This document shows positions 9,873-19,856 of a stretch of DNA of 64,000 nucleotides, piece after piece. The position numbers and the translations under genes were made by a program. Source of the stretch: Candidatus Methanomethylicia archaeon (GTDB lineage: Archaea > Thermoproteota > Methanomethylicia > CALHIW01); assembly GCA_038845975.1 (NCBI GenBank), contig JAWBQF010000003.1:80872-144871 (forward strand), written 5' to 3'. The notes under the pieces were generated by a model that ran no database searches, was not told the origin of the DNA, and saw only the letters and a program-made list of their open reading frames with translations. Positions within the stretch are counted from its first letter, which is position 1; each line of letters starts with the position of its first letter.

Positions 9873-10855
9873 TGGGTCTTAAAAGTTTCGAATGTCCACA
9901 CTGTAACGCATCCTTCCCTGCACCTAGTACTATTTCAATTCTTACATGTCCATACTGTGGCTACACGTTTGAAGCTTCAAGTAGGAGGGAATGGAGTCAC
10001 TTCTTCTTCCCAATACTTCTTGATGTTGGATATGCATGGAGGAGAGGGTATCAGTTCATATCTAGAAGATATGGTGTTCCAAGCGATTTTAACACATCAT
10101 TTCTAACATCATCATTACTACATAATGTTCCATTTCATATCTTCTACTGTGAAGCTAAGGCTGAGTGTAGGTATTCTAGGGGATTCATATTTAGGGATGA
10201 GAAGATAGCGGAATATACTGAAGCTATGGATATATGTATTCCAGCAGTTTCAGTAGGGGAATGGATTGATAGGCTTCTCTGGAATCATACGTTTTCGGTT
10301 AAGAGTAGAATATATTTTAAGCCTGAAATTATGAGGATAGGTAAATTCTATAATCCAACCTTAAGCTATGATGAAGCCTTAAAGTATGCTAGTGAAAGAA
10401 TTTCTAGAGCTGTTATAGATGAAGCTGGAAAGAGCTGTAGTGGAGATAAGAAAATTATAGATGTTAAAGTTAAGTATTATGGACTTATCCACTATCCATT
10501 CTGGGAGTTAAAATATAGCTATAAAGGTGAATATTTCAACATGCTTATCGACGCATCTAGTGGAAGAATAATCTATGTAGAGTATCCTCTAAGTAGAACT
10601 GCAAGAACATTAATGCTCACCGCCTCAACTATAATAGTTACTTCAACAGTAATTATTAGTGGACTTACTGGATTAGCTCTGGGAAGAATAGCTTTAGGAT
10701 TAGTATCAGGAATTATAAGCTCAATCATAGCATCATCCCCAATAATTATAAAAGCATTAAGACTTAAAACAAGAGGATCTGAAGAAATCGGTAGAGAGGA
10801 AAAATATAGCTATAAGAATCTAGCAGATCTTGTGGGGAAGATTTTAAGAGTTTAA
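9872..10855 (+). CDS. Zinc-ribbon membrane protein (YdjG-like paralog)
   Basis: CPHC..CPYCG; VPFHIF, HYPFWELKYSYKG..IDASSG; 2 TM; TAATG overlap with upstream gene. Confidence 0.75.
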   Translation: MGLKSFECPHCNASFPAPSTISILTCPYCGYTFEASSRREWSHFFFPILLDVGYAWRRGYQFISRRYGVPSDFNTSFLTSSLLHNVPFHIFYCEAKAECRYSRGFIFRDEKIAEYTEAMDICIPAVSVGEWIDRLLWNHTFSVKSRIYFKPEIMRIGKFYNPTLSYDEALKYASERISRAVIDEAGKSCSGDKKIIDVKVKYYGLIHYPFWELKYSYKGEYFNMLIDASSGRIIYVEYPLSRTARTLMLTASTIIVTSTVIISGLTGLALGRIALGLVSGIISSIIASSPIIIKALRLKTRGSEEIGREEKYSYKNLADLVGKILRV

Positions 10856-10974
10856 GTTTACATGACCTCGCCAAGTCAAGCATCCCGCCTTAATGTTAAT
10901 ACCTTAGATATCCTACTTAATAGGATGCTATTATTATGTGGAAATATTTAAATTAATCTACATGTTTCAATATT

Positions 10975-12018
10975 ATGCCTACTCCACCGTTTCTCGTTTC
11001 ATACTCTATTACTAGGAAATGTAATCTTAAATGTAAACATTGTTATAGTGATGCTACAGAGGAATTTGCATCAGATGAGCTATCCACAATGGAGGCAAAG
11101 AAGCTTCTAGACGATATTGTAAGTTTGGGTGTAAGGCTCCTAATCTTAGATGGAGGTGAGCCTCTCTGTAGGGATGACTTCTACGAGGTTGCTGGATATG
11201 CTTCAAGTAGAGGTATTAGAGTTGTTGTTGGAAGTAATGGAACACTTATAGATGAGAATACTGCTAGAAGAATGGTAAGTGTAGGTGTGGGGTGTGTAGC
11301 AATATCCCTAGATGGAGCTAATCCTGAAACCCATGACTCCTTTAGAGGTGAAAAAGACGCATTCAGTAAAGCTATTGAGGGGGTTAAGGCATGTAGGAAG
11401 GCTGGATTACCATTCCAGTTCAATATTGTAGCTAGGAAGCCTGTAATCGATGAGTTGCCCGATATTTTAAAGCTAGCTCTAAACTATGGAGCTGAAGCTA
11501 TTGAAATCTTCGATTTAATCCAGGTTTCAAGAGTTAAAAATAGATGTTACGATGAAGTTTTAAGCATAAATGAAAGGAGAAGAATAATGGAATGGCTTGC
11601 TGAAACACAGAGGAATTATCCAATCATAATTAGGACGCCTGCATGTCCAATGTATCCATTAATGCTTAAGGAGAGAAACATTCTTCCTAAATATTTCCCC
11701 CATCAAGCCCTAAGAAGAATACCATACTATGATCGTGGATGTGCTGCAGGAATGCCTAATGGCTACATAACCATACTTTCAAACGGAGATGTTATACCAT
11801 GCATGCTACTACAGGTTAAAATAGGTAATGTAAGGATGGAGAATATCGTTAAGATATGGAATGAATCACCTATACTTTCCACTCTTAGGGCAAGAGAAAA
11901 TCTACTTAAAGGTAGATGTGGTGAATGTAGATATAAGGGAATATGTGCTGGATGTCGTGGAAGAGCATTTGAAGAAACAGGAGACATTATGGCTGAAGAT
12001 CCTGGATGCTGGCTATAG
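10975..12018 (+). CDS. Radical SAM/SPASM protein (NirJ/Ahb-like)
   Basis: CNLKCKHC; GCAAG...GDVIPC; CGECRYKGICAGCRGRA...DPGC SPASM. Confidence 0.9.
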   Translation: MPTPPFLVSYSITRKCNLKCKHCYSDATEEFASDELSTMEAKKLLDDIVSLGVRLLILDGGEPLCRDDFYEVAGYASSRGIRVVVGSNGTLIDENTARRMVSVGVGCVAISLDGANPETHDSFRGEKDAFSKAIEGVKACRKAGLPFQFNIVARKPVIDELPDILKLALNYGAEAIEIFDLIQVSRVKNRCYDEVLSINERRRIMEWLAETQRNYPIIIRTPACPMYPLMLKERNILPKYFPHQALRRIPYYDRGCAAGMPNGYITILSNGDVIPCMLLQVKIGNVRMENIVKIWNESPILSTLRARENLLKGRCGECRYKGICAGCRGRAFEETGDIMAEDPGCWL

Positions 12019-12179
12019 AATGTTTAAATAGCTATATGTTCTTGTATTCTAGTGAATGATAGCCTACTTATAGTAACTTAATCTACGTGGTGCTATTATA
12101 AGTCTGATGAGAAACCAGTCAATTAATTTATAATAGTAGGTAAAGACTGAAATACATCATTCATAGGAGACAAACATAG

Positions 12180-12701
12180 CTATATTTTTACTTTAGCTAG
12201 AATTTTAATCCATATTGTTGCTGCTAAGTATCCGCCAATTATCCCCTGAATTAAACCCACTATAAATATTAAAGCTATAACTATTGTAGGTATTGGTAAT
12301 CCTATCATTATCGTAATTAAAATACCTAAAAGCCCAACTACTATGCTAGCAATCCCGGCAGTAATAGCTAATCTACCCTTATTAACATTAAAATCAGCTT
12401 TTACCCTAAAAACCTTAGACAATATACTTATCAGAAGTCCGTAGAGTAAAGCTAGAGTAATCGTAAATGGTGCAAGTCCACTTCTCATAGAGGCCAGGAG
12501 CCCAGAAACCAAACCTATAGCTATAGGTCCTGAAAACCCTACAATTATAAAGCCTAAGCATAGAAGAAGACTTTCAATAAGTATTGTGAAAAACTTATCG
12601 TAAGGAGGAGGTATAAAGGCCTTCTCAATAAATATTATTAAGCTAAATAATGCAATAATAGCTACATCCCTAGCTCGACGATTAGTAAGCATAACTAACA
12701 A
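12180..12701 (-). CDS. Multi-TM membrane protein (ECF S-component-like)
   Basis: 5-6 hydrophobic helices; N-terminal RDVAIIALFSLI. Confidence 0.6.
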   Translation of the reverse strand: MLVMLTNRRARDVAIIALFSLIIFIEKAFIPPPYDKFFTILIESLLLCLGFIIVGFSGPIAIGLVSGLLASMRSGLAPFTITLALLYGLLISILSKVFRVKADFNVNKGRLAITAGIASIVVGLLGILITIMIGLPIPTIVIALIFIVGLIQGIIGGYLAATIWIKILAKVKI

Positions 12702-13571
12702 AATAACTTAAATATTTAAGTTTTACATCTTATAGAAACATTCCATAAATTTAGCTATATTAATTCTGGATAATCATTGATTATGGAAGAATTGGAAATT
12801 TGACTGTTAAGATAGATAAATGTAAGAAGGATATTAGTGTAGATCATCTTGTAAATAATCCTCTAAGCTTTTAAGTCTAGTAACTGATTATTTGGAATAT
12901 GTGCTAAAGTTAAGCTGAGAACTTACATAGCTGTAAGAGAATACATATTAAACTTATTTAATATCGGTTAGTACTCAAGAGAAAGTTTTCTATAAGCCTC
13001 CTCATATTCCAGTTTTACAGGCTTAAACATGTCTAATCCCTTATTTTGTACTATGTATCTACGATTCTTAACATTACCTTAAGATAGCATTAACAACTAT
13101 GTAGTTCTAGCGTATTTAGATGAGGAGATTCATAGATAAGCTAAACTAGAAGCTATCATTGAAGCATATTATGTAGTTGAACTCCATATTAACTTATGGC
13201 TATCAACGTTTCAGAATAGCTAAATTTAATAGAGTCAAGCTAATAGATATGTTCCGCTGAATATATGTTCATGTTAGAGATTTTGATCTATACTAGTTTT
13301 GGACTACATTTAGGATTGTTAAAATACGTTCTAAAAGGTAATAGGAGGAAGAGCAGTAATAGAAATAGTCTACATCCGCCAGCCAACTATTAAGCATTCT
13401 TCAATCATATCTGAATTGCTAAGGGGAGAATTCTCCTAAGCCCTTAGGATAATTGAAGATTTTACAAAATAGATATCCCTAACTTTAGTTGTGGGATGCT
13501 GGATCATATGGAGGAGGATCTAAATAGATGTTAATAGTAATGCTTAAATATGTTACTTATATTAGGTATTC

Positions 13572-14315
13572 ATGTCGTTGCTTGTTGTTAATGATCTTCA
13601 TGTAAATGTTAATGGTAGGAATGTATTGAAAGGTGTAAATATAAGTATTGGTCCTGGTGAAGTTCATGTACTTCTAGGCCCCAATGGCTCCGGTAAAACT
13701 ACTCTTGTTAATGCTATCATAGGGAATCCTAAAGTTAAAGTCATTAGGGGGAAAATATACTTTAAGGGTAGGGATATAACAGATACGTCGATGTATGAAA
13801 GAGTAAGAATGGGAATTGGAGTTTCCTTCCAGCATCCACCGAGAATTAAGGGTGTAAAGCTTAGAGATCTACTTTTAAATATGGCTTCTAAGCTTGGCAG
13901 GGAGGTTAATATTGAGAGAGTTTCCTCTCTTGTTAAGATGAGAGATCTTATTGACCGTGATGTTAATGTTGGTTTTTCAGGTGGTGAACTTAAAAGATCC
14001 GAAATTCTACAGTTACTAATTCAATCCCCTGAGCTTGTACTACTTGATGAGCCTGACTCCGGTGTTGATGTTGAGAACCTCATAGTTATAGCAAATGCAA
14101 TTAATGAAATGTGTGGGTTAAACATTAAGCCAAGTATGAGAAGTAAATCAGCTCTACTTATAACTCATCTAGGATACATATTAAATTATGTTAAGGCTGA
14201 CCGTGCACATGTATTAGTGAATGGTAGAATAGCATGTTCAGGTAAGCCTAATGAAATATTGGAGCAAATAGCTAAACATGGCTTTGAGAAATGTGCTGAA
14301 TGCTTAGTGAAATAA
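13572..14315 (+). CDS. sufC: Fe-S assembly ATPase SufC/SmsC
   Basis: GPNGSGKT, GFSGGELKRSE, LLDEPDSGVD; C-terminal C-x18-CxxC. Confidence 0.93.
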   Translation: MSLLVVNDLHVNVNGRNVLKGVNISIGPGEVHVLLGPNGSGKTTLVNAIIGNPKVKVIRGKIYFKGRDITDTSMYERVRMGIGVSFQHPPRIKGVKLRDLLLNMASKLGREVNIERVSSLVKMRDLIDRDVNVGFSGGELKRSEILQLLIQSPELVLLDEPDSGVDVENLIVIANAINEMCGLNIKPSMRSKSALLITHLGYILNYVKADRAHVLVNGRIACSGKPNEILEQIAKHGFEKCAECLVK

Positions 14316-14418
14316 ATCATGTGAACACTAATAAAGTATATCTATCAATATTTCAATAAATCCATTTTGGAAATGACTAAGGTAATTGTAGATTATAACA
14401 CTTATTACATAACAAGCA

Positions 14419-15008
14419 TCTTATGAACTTTAGCTTTATTTAAGTTTTTCACTTTATTCATGGTGAAGCTATAGCTAAAGCTATTAGGTTTACTAGGAAG
14501 AGTTTCATTCATATTGGTTGTTTATAATGCTTATATATTTGTTATCTAGAAATGACTTATTATAGAGTTATACATCCATATCGTCCTAGTTCATCTTAAG
14601 TTTTCTATTTGAGCTTGATAAGAGGAATATTAGAATTAATAGTTAATGATACTACTACTAGATTCTAGAGTGAAGTTGTATGCTATCTTAGTCTCTATCA
14701 AGAAAGGTGTTCACACAAGTTTGTGAGTTTAACTGATGGAGCACTATAGAGAAACATACAGAATACTAAACTTAAAGCATGAAGTATATAGTTTAGAGAT
14801 TAGAAACCTAATGAGGCAAGTCATACAGTATGTTAAAGATAGAACTAGGCTATTTGGTAATTATTGAAGAGAAATGTGATGGTGAGCATAAATATGTATC
14901 CATGAAGTTAATAGTGTGACTAAACGAAACATTGATTAATGAGAAGATAAAATGGGAATTCATGGAAACAATATCAAAAATGATTAAATATGTTTAGATT
15001 CATAACCT
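14419..15008 (+). mobile_element. Degenerate IS6-family copy between sufC and sufB
   Basis: Left end gaactttagctttattt and internal aaagatagaactaggctattt match other copies. Confidence 0.7.
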
Positions 15009-15048
15009 GTAACGTTATATTTTTATGTAAGCTATTCTTTAAGGGTTT

Positions 15049-16266
15049 ATGAGTTTAAACAAGTCTAGAAGAATTGAGGAGGTAAAAGGAAAAGCTAAGG
15101 AGGCATTAACAAAACCTCCAAGTATTGGTCCTGATATTGATGTTTCAAAGTTTAAGTTTGAATCTAAACCCCTAGAGCATGTTACAGATGATTTGGCTCA
15201 GCGTGCTTCAATAGTTGGTGTAGATTTGAACGGTAGGGGTAGAGCTGGAACATATATTCAGATAGATCATTCCCCATTATTGGAGAAGTCTATGTTAAGC
15301 GATGTTGAAGTTATGAGTATAGGTAAAGCATTAGAGGAGTATGATTGGCTTTTGGAATACTACTGGAATGCTCTAAATGTGGATACTGATAAGTTTACTG
15401 CTCTTGCAGAGCTTAAGAGGAATGAGGGCTTCTTCGTAAGGGTTAGAAGAGGAGTTAAAGTTGAGCTTCCTGTTCAGACATGTTTATACTTGAGAACAAG
15501 TAAGCTATCTCAAAATCTTCACAACATAATTCTAGTTGAGGAGGATAGTGAGCTTCATGTAGTTACTGGATGTGCATCACCTAGAGTTGCTGAAGGGCTT
15601 CATGTAGGTGTATCTGAATTCTACGTTAAGAATGGGGGGAAGTTAACGTATACTATGGTGCATGCCTGGGCTGAAGATGTTGATGTTAGACCTAGAACTG
15701 GAGTTATACTTGAGGATAATGCCTCCTTTATAAGCATATATGTTAACCTACATCCCGTCAGAACACTACAGATGATGCCTAAGATACGTATAAATGGTGT
15801 TAATTCGAGAGTAAGTCTAATATCTGTTATAACTGCTTCCGGTAAAAGCTACTTTGATGTTGGAGGGGAAGTATATATTAAAGGTGATTTTGGAAGAGCG
15901 GAAATAGTTTCAAAAACAATAGCTAAAGACAATGGGAAAGCCATATCTAGAGGAGTAATAATCGGTGAGGGGAGAGGGGTTAAGGGACATTTAGAATGTA
16001 GGGGAATTATGCTTACACCATCAGCATCAATAATAGCAATACCTCAGCTTGAAGCTAGATCAAGAGATGTCGAGTTAACACATGAAGCAGCCATAGGTAA
16101 AATTGCTGAAGATGAAATCTACTATCTAGTAGCTAGAGGATTCAGTGAGGAGGAAGCAACATCAATAATATTGAGGGGATTTATGGATATAGATATTAAG
16201 GATTTACCGCCAATACTAGTAACACAAATTAAAAAGACACTGGACATAGTAGCAAAAACCCTTTAA
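15049..16266 (+). CDS. sufB: Fe-S scaffold SufB/SmsB
   Basis: VTGCA, HLECRG, LTHEAAIGKI, YLVARGFSEEEA. Confidence 0.93.
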   Translation: MSLNKSRRIEEVKGKAKEALTKPPSIGPDIDVSKFKFESKPLEHVTDDLAQRASIVGVDLNGRGRAGTYIQIDHSPLLEKSMLSDVEVMSIGKALEEYDWLLEYYWNALNVDTDKFTALAELKRNEGFFVRVRRGVKVELPVQTCLYLRTSKLSQNLHNIILVEEDSELHVVTGCASPRVAEGLHVGVSEFYVKNGGKLTYTMVHAWAEDVDVRPRTGVILEDNASFISIYVNLHPVRTLQMMPKIRINGVNSRVSLISVITASGKSYFDVGGEVYIKGDFGRAEIVSKTIAKDNGKAISRGVIIGEGRGVKGHLECRGIMLTPSASIIAIPQLEARSRDVELTHEAAIGKIAEDEIYYLVARGFSEEEATSIILRGFMDIDIKDLPPILVTQIKKTLDIVAKTL

Positions 16267-16269
16267 CTA

Positions 16270-17665
16270 TCTATATCTTGCTTAGAGCTCTTCTTAATGT
16301 TTCCCTGTATAGTGGTGTTTTGCCAAGCATGCTTTCTTCCTAAACGATCTCTAGGTCCAGCTTCGCCTTACCATAATCTAAAGGTACTCCACCCTTATAA
16401 GCATATTATTTTCCACTAAGATATCCTCAATCTTAGCCATATTTCTTGTTATTTTTCCCATTATGTTATCTAAATCCTCAATAAGCTTCCACATAAGATC
16501 ACATAGCCACTTAACATAATGCTTCACTCTATCTAACCCTATAGCTCTAACAATATCGTCTATAGCAATAAGAATGTATCTATCTCTAAGATTCTTTCTA
16601 AAAGCTTTCTCAGCAATTCTATCGATAATTAGCGAAATAGGTCTTAATAATGCATGACCAAGCAGAGTATTTTGCTGGAGGAGATCCATGATGCTTCTAA
16701 ACCAATTTTGGAAATATCAATTAGCATAGATGATGTTAAAGACTTCCTAACATCTTTATCCTCAAGAGCATCAATATATACTACTACACCATCCATAAAG
16801 AAATCATTAAACCTCCTAACAAACTCTCTTAAAAGCCTAGTTTTACCACATCTCTCAGGACCATATATGTGGAAAGATATAGTTCTAAATCGACTACAAT
16901 ACTCATTTAAAGCTTTAAGCTCTCCAATTCTGGCTTTGTTAACTTTAGCTTTATTTGGGTCTTCCTTATTTATGGTGATGGTATGTCTAAAGTTGTTAGG
17001 TTTTGTTAGGAAGAGAACTCTATTTACTCTAGTTGTTTACCAATTATATATTCGTTCATCTAGGATGGCTTTAGATATCCTACTTTATTGTTGTTAGGAG
17101 TTATGTATCTATATTATAATGGTTTAGATCTTTAAGCTTCCTATTCAAATTTGGTAGGAGGGTTAGAATTTTATAGTTGATGATACTATTATAAGTTAGG
17201 CTCTATGAGGAAGATTGTTTATGTTGCTTTTAAGCCATTATTAAGAAAAATTCTATATGTATGGGTTTGTGATGTTACAAGTATGCTTACATCACTAACA
17301 TTAAAAGATTAGAGCTATCTATGGTTCTAATATAATTGTATTAAGTGATGGTGTTCATTATTATAAGGCATCATGTAGAATATTGAATTTAAAGCATAAT
17401 AAAGTATTTAAAAGTTAGAATTAGTGGAGGGAATTATACAATACATTAGGATAGATAAACTATCAATAATTAATACCGTGTATGAAGGATAAGTGTGATG
17501 GTGAACATGTATTAATTCTTATGAAGTCAATAGTATAGCTAAACGAACATGGATTAATAAGAAGATAAAAGCTAAGAATTCTAGAAACACAATACCAAAA
17601 TAGAGGTAATAAAATGTTTAAGTTAACAAAGCCCTAATTCTATCAATAAATCTTATATTCTCCAT
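16270..17665 (-). pseudogene. Archaeal AAA-type ATPase pseudogene interrupted by IS6
   Basis: Removing the IS gives MENIRFIDRIGELKALNEYCSRFRTISFHIYGPERCGKTRLL (Walker A); after a frameshift ILIAIDD (Walker B). Confidence 0.8.
16932..17633 (+). mobile_element. IS6-family element, frameshifted transposase
   Basis: TIR ggctttgttaactt / aagttaacaaagcc; 8-bp TSD ccaattct/ctaattct. Confidence 0.9.
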
Positions 17666-17830
17666 TACTCATCCTAATTAAAGCATGATATAGTATTGAT
17701 AAACTAAATATTTTCCTCAATGAAGACATTAACCCCAATATGAAGTATGGGAACATCATATATTTAAATATCTTCTAAATCATAAACCCTCATTTTTTAA
17801 ATATAGACTTTGCAACTCTAAGTTAAAATA

Positions 17831-17921
17831 GAACTCATCTGAAAACTCTTTAGATGTTGTTAAGACTTAATTAAGTTAATAATTTAACTATAAATTAATT
17901 ATGGAGTTTTCAGGCAGACTC
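17831..17921. mobile_element. Putative ~90-bp MITE
   Basis: Inverted ends gaactcatctgaaaactc / gagttttcaggcagactc; an identical 20-bp end recurs inverted at 49974-49993. Confidence 0.5.
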
Positions 17922-18466
17922 ATAAAGTATACTAAAACCTATTTAAGCTCTCTAGAAACCCTATTGAAAAGGCTTTAAATAGCCTCTAAAACTGCTCATA
18001 TCAGAAATATGATTCTAATACAAAACGTACTAATTATGGAAGATTAAAATACATAGGGTAGACATAATCTCTCTTTTAATATTTGAATAGTTTATACATC
18101 TTATAATCTACAACCATCTATCCCTATGATTACTATAGCGATTAGTAGATACTGTAAGAAGTATACGGCTAGCTCACTAATCTATTTACATGAACTCTTA
18201 AATATTGAGGAGACTGCTAATAACTTTCCATCTGTATTATGAGGAGCTTCTTCTCTACTACATTACTATTACGTGTACTCTAGACCTAGCAGCTTAGGAA
18301 GGAAGCTATAGTAAATAAGTTACATGCCGAACTTCTACAATACATTTATAGTTCTTCAATATAGTGTAGCTGTCTACATATCCCATAGATTGATTTGTAA
18401 GCTGGAGTTTTAATAGTTTCATTATTCATGTTATCATATCAGGTATATTTTCCATGTTTGTAATAC

Positions 18467-18477
18467 AAATATTTATA
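18467..18477 (+). promoter_or_regulatory. Putative BRE/TATA box for the structured RNA
   Basis: aaatatttata, with TTTATA ending ~24 nt before 18501-18502. Confidence 0.5.
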
Positions 18478-18500
18478 GGGAGTAAGCTACTTATACTATT

Positions 18501-18661
18501 TGGGTGTGAGCAAGCTTAAGCCAGATAACTGGCTAAGCTTAACAGTTTACCTTAAGATTATGGGTTTGAAGGATCTATGGGAAACCATAGATTCTAGAAC
18601 TCAGTCTTAAGGTAGATTGTTAAGATTTAGTTAAGTATTTGGCTTAGGCTTAGAACACCCA
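18501..18661 (+). ncRNA. Candidate novel structured ncRNA (rod / four-way junction, GAAA tetraloop)
   Basis: 7-bp closing stem; 19-bp + 6-bp + 11-bp central helix capped by GAAA; helix mismatches are G-U; upstream TATA. Confidence 0.6.
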
Positions 18662-18667
18662 CTAATT

Positions 18668-19855
18668 CTATAATTTATGATGGATTGAATGTGTAAATGT
18701 TATGGTTGTATTAGTGAATGGGCAGAGTGGATCAGCTTCGAAAATGTTTCCTGTAAGTAGATATGCTCTTGATCTACATCCTCCACAGTTTTCTCTATGA
18801 ATACATGATTTACATGGTTTCTCCAGATTTTCCCTATTACGTAGCTTAGCTAGTATCCTATTTCCCCTCCATATTTTTATAGCAGGCTCCTTAATTATGT
18901 TTCCAATACCTATCTGTAGGAAGACACAGGGCCATACTTCACCATACCATTTAACGTAGAACATTCCTCTTCCAGCTATACATCCATGAAATAGCTTGCT
19001 ATCTATTTTCCTAGATAGATATGCAAAGTATTCAGGTAAACCTATAGGAACTACTAAGGCGTTAAGGTTTCTCTGTATGCTTACTGTTGTTTGGATTACT
19101 TTTAGGATTTCATTTTTACTTAGCATTTCACTATTTATGTTTAAACCTCTACCGAATGGTTGGAATTGGTAGAGAAGTATTACATGTGCTCCAAGTCTAT
19201 CTGCTAGGTATAGTAGGCTTGGAAGCTCGTGAAGATTTAGTTTTGAAACGGTAATGTTAACCTGTAGGTAAAGTTTCTCTTTCAAGCTGTTTTTAATACC
19301 CTCCATCGTCTTAATCCATGTTCCAGGTACTCCTCTAAAGTAGTCGTGGAGTTGTGGCTCAATAAAATCTAAACTTACAGCAACACCAGCAACCCCCTTC
19401 TTGGAGAGTTCTTTAGCTATGTTCTCGGATATTAGGGTTCCATTAGTTGCTATTACTGTTTCGAAACCGTAGCTTCTAGTATAGTCTATTATTTCAATTA
19501 TGTTATTATTCATTAATGGATCCCCCCCAGTTAAAACAAGCATTTTAAACTCAGGTACTGTAGCTATTGAATCTATCATTTTAAATATGTTTTCTAGAGG
19601 TGGATCCATTTTTACTTCTCCTCCCCTCACCTCGCAATGTATACATTTCATATTGCACCTATTTGTAATCTCCAATACTGGATGCGGGGGATAGCCGAAG
19701 CATCCAGCTCCATATGCTCCAGCAGCAACTTTAAACAGTTTGTTTAGAGAGAGTATCCATCTACTCATCCTCCATCCAGTAGCTCTTCTAAAAGTTAGAG
19801 CAGTAGATATCTGTTTAAAGCTGAGAGCTAGCTCAGATAGATTGTGGAGACGCAT
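18668..19855 (-). CDS. Radical SAM/SPASM protein
   Basis: CNMKCIHC; GCIAGRG...EVWPC; CKSCIHRENCGGCRSRA...DPLC. Confidence 0.9.
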   Translation of the reverse strand: MRLHNLSELALSFKQISTALTFRRATGWRMSRWILSLNKLFKVAAGAYGAGCFGYPPHPVLEITNRCNMKCIHCEVRGGEVKMDPPLENIFKMIDSIATVPEFKMLVLTGGDPLMNNNIIEIIDYTRSYGFETVIATNGTLISENIAKELSKKGVAGVAVSLDFIEPQLHDYFRGVPGTWIKTMEGIKNSLKEKLYLQVNITVSKLNLHELPSLLYLADRLGAHVILLYQFQPFGRGLNINSEMLSKNEILKVIQTTVSIQRNLNALVVPIGLPEYFAYLSRKIDSKLFHGCIAGRGMFYVKWYGEVWPCVFLQIGIGNIIKEPAIKIWRGNRILAKLRNRENLEKPCKSCIHRENCGGCRSRAYLLTGNIFEADPLCPFTNTTITFTHSIHHKL

Positions 19856-19856
19856 T

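Noticed and set aside
16654-17097. 147-aa + strand ORF
   Set aside because: Chimera of antisense ATPase pseudogene and the IS6 left end
18501-18661. tRNA, SRP RNA or RNase P identity for the cloverleaf-like fold
   Set aside because: No TTCRA T-loop or CCA, no SRP helix-8 motif, no RNase P P4 motifs
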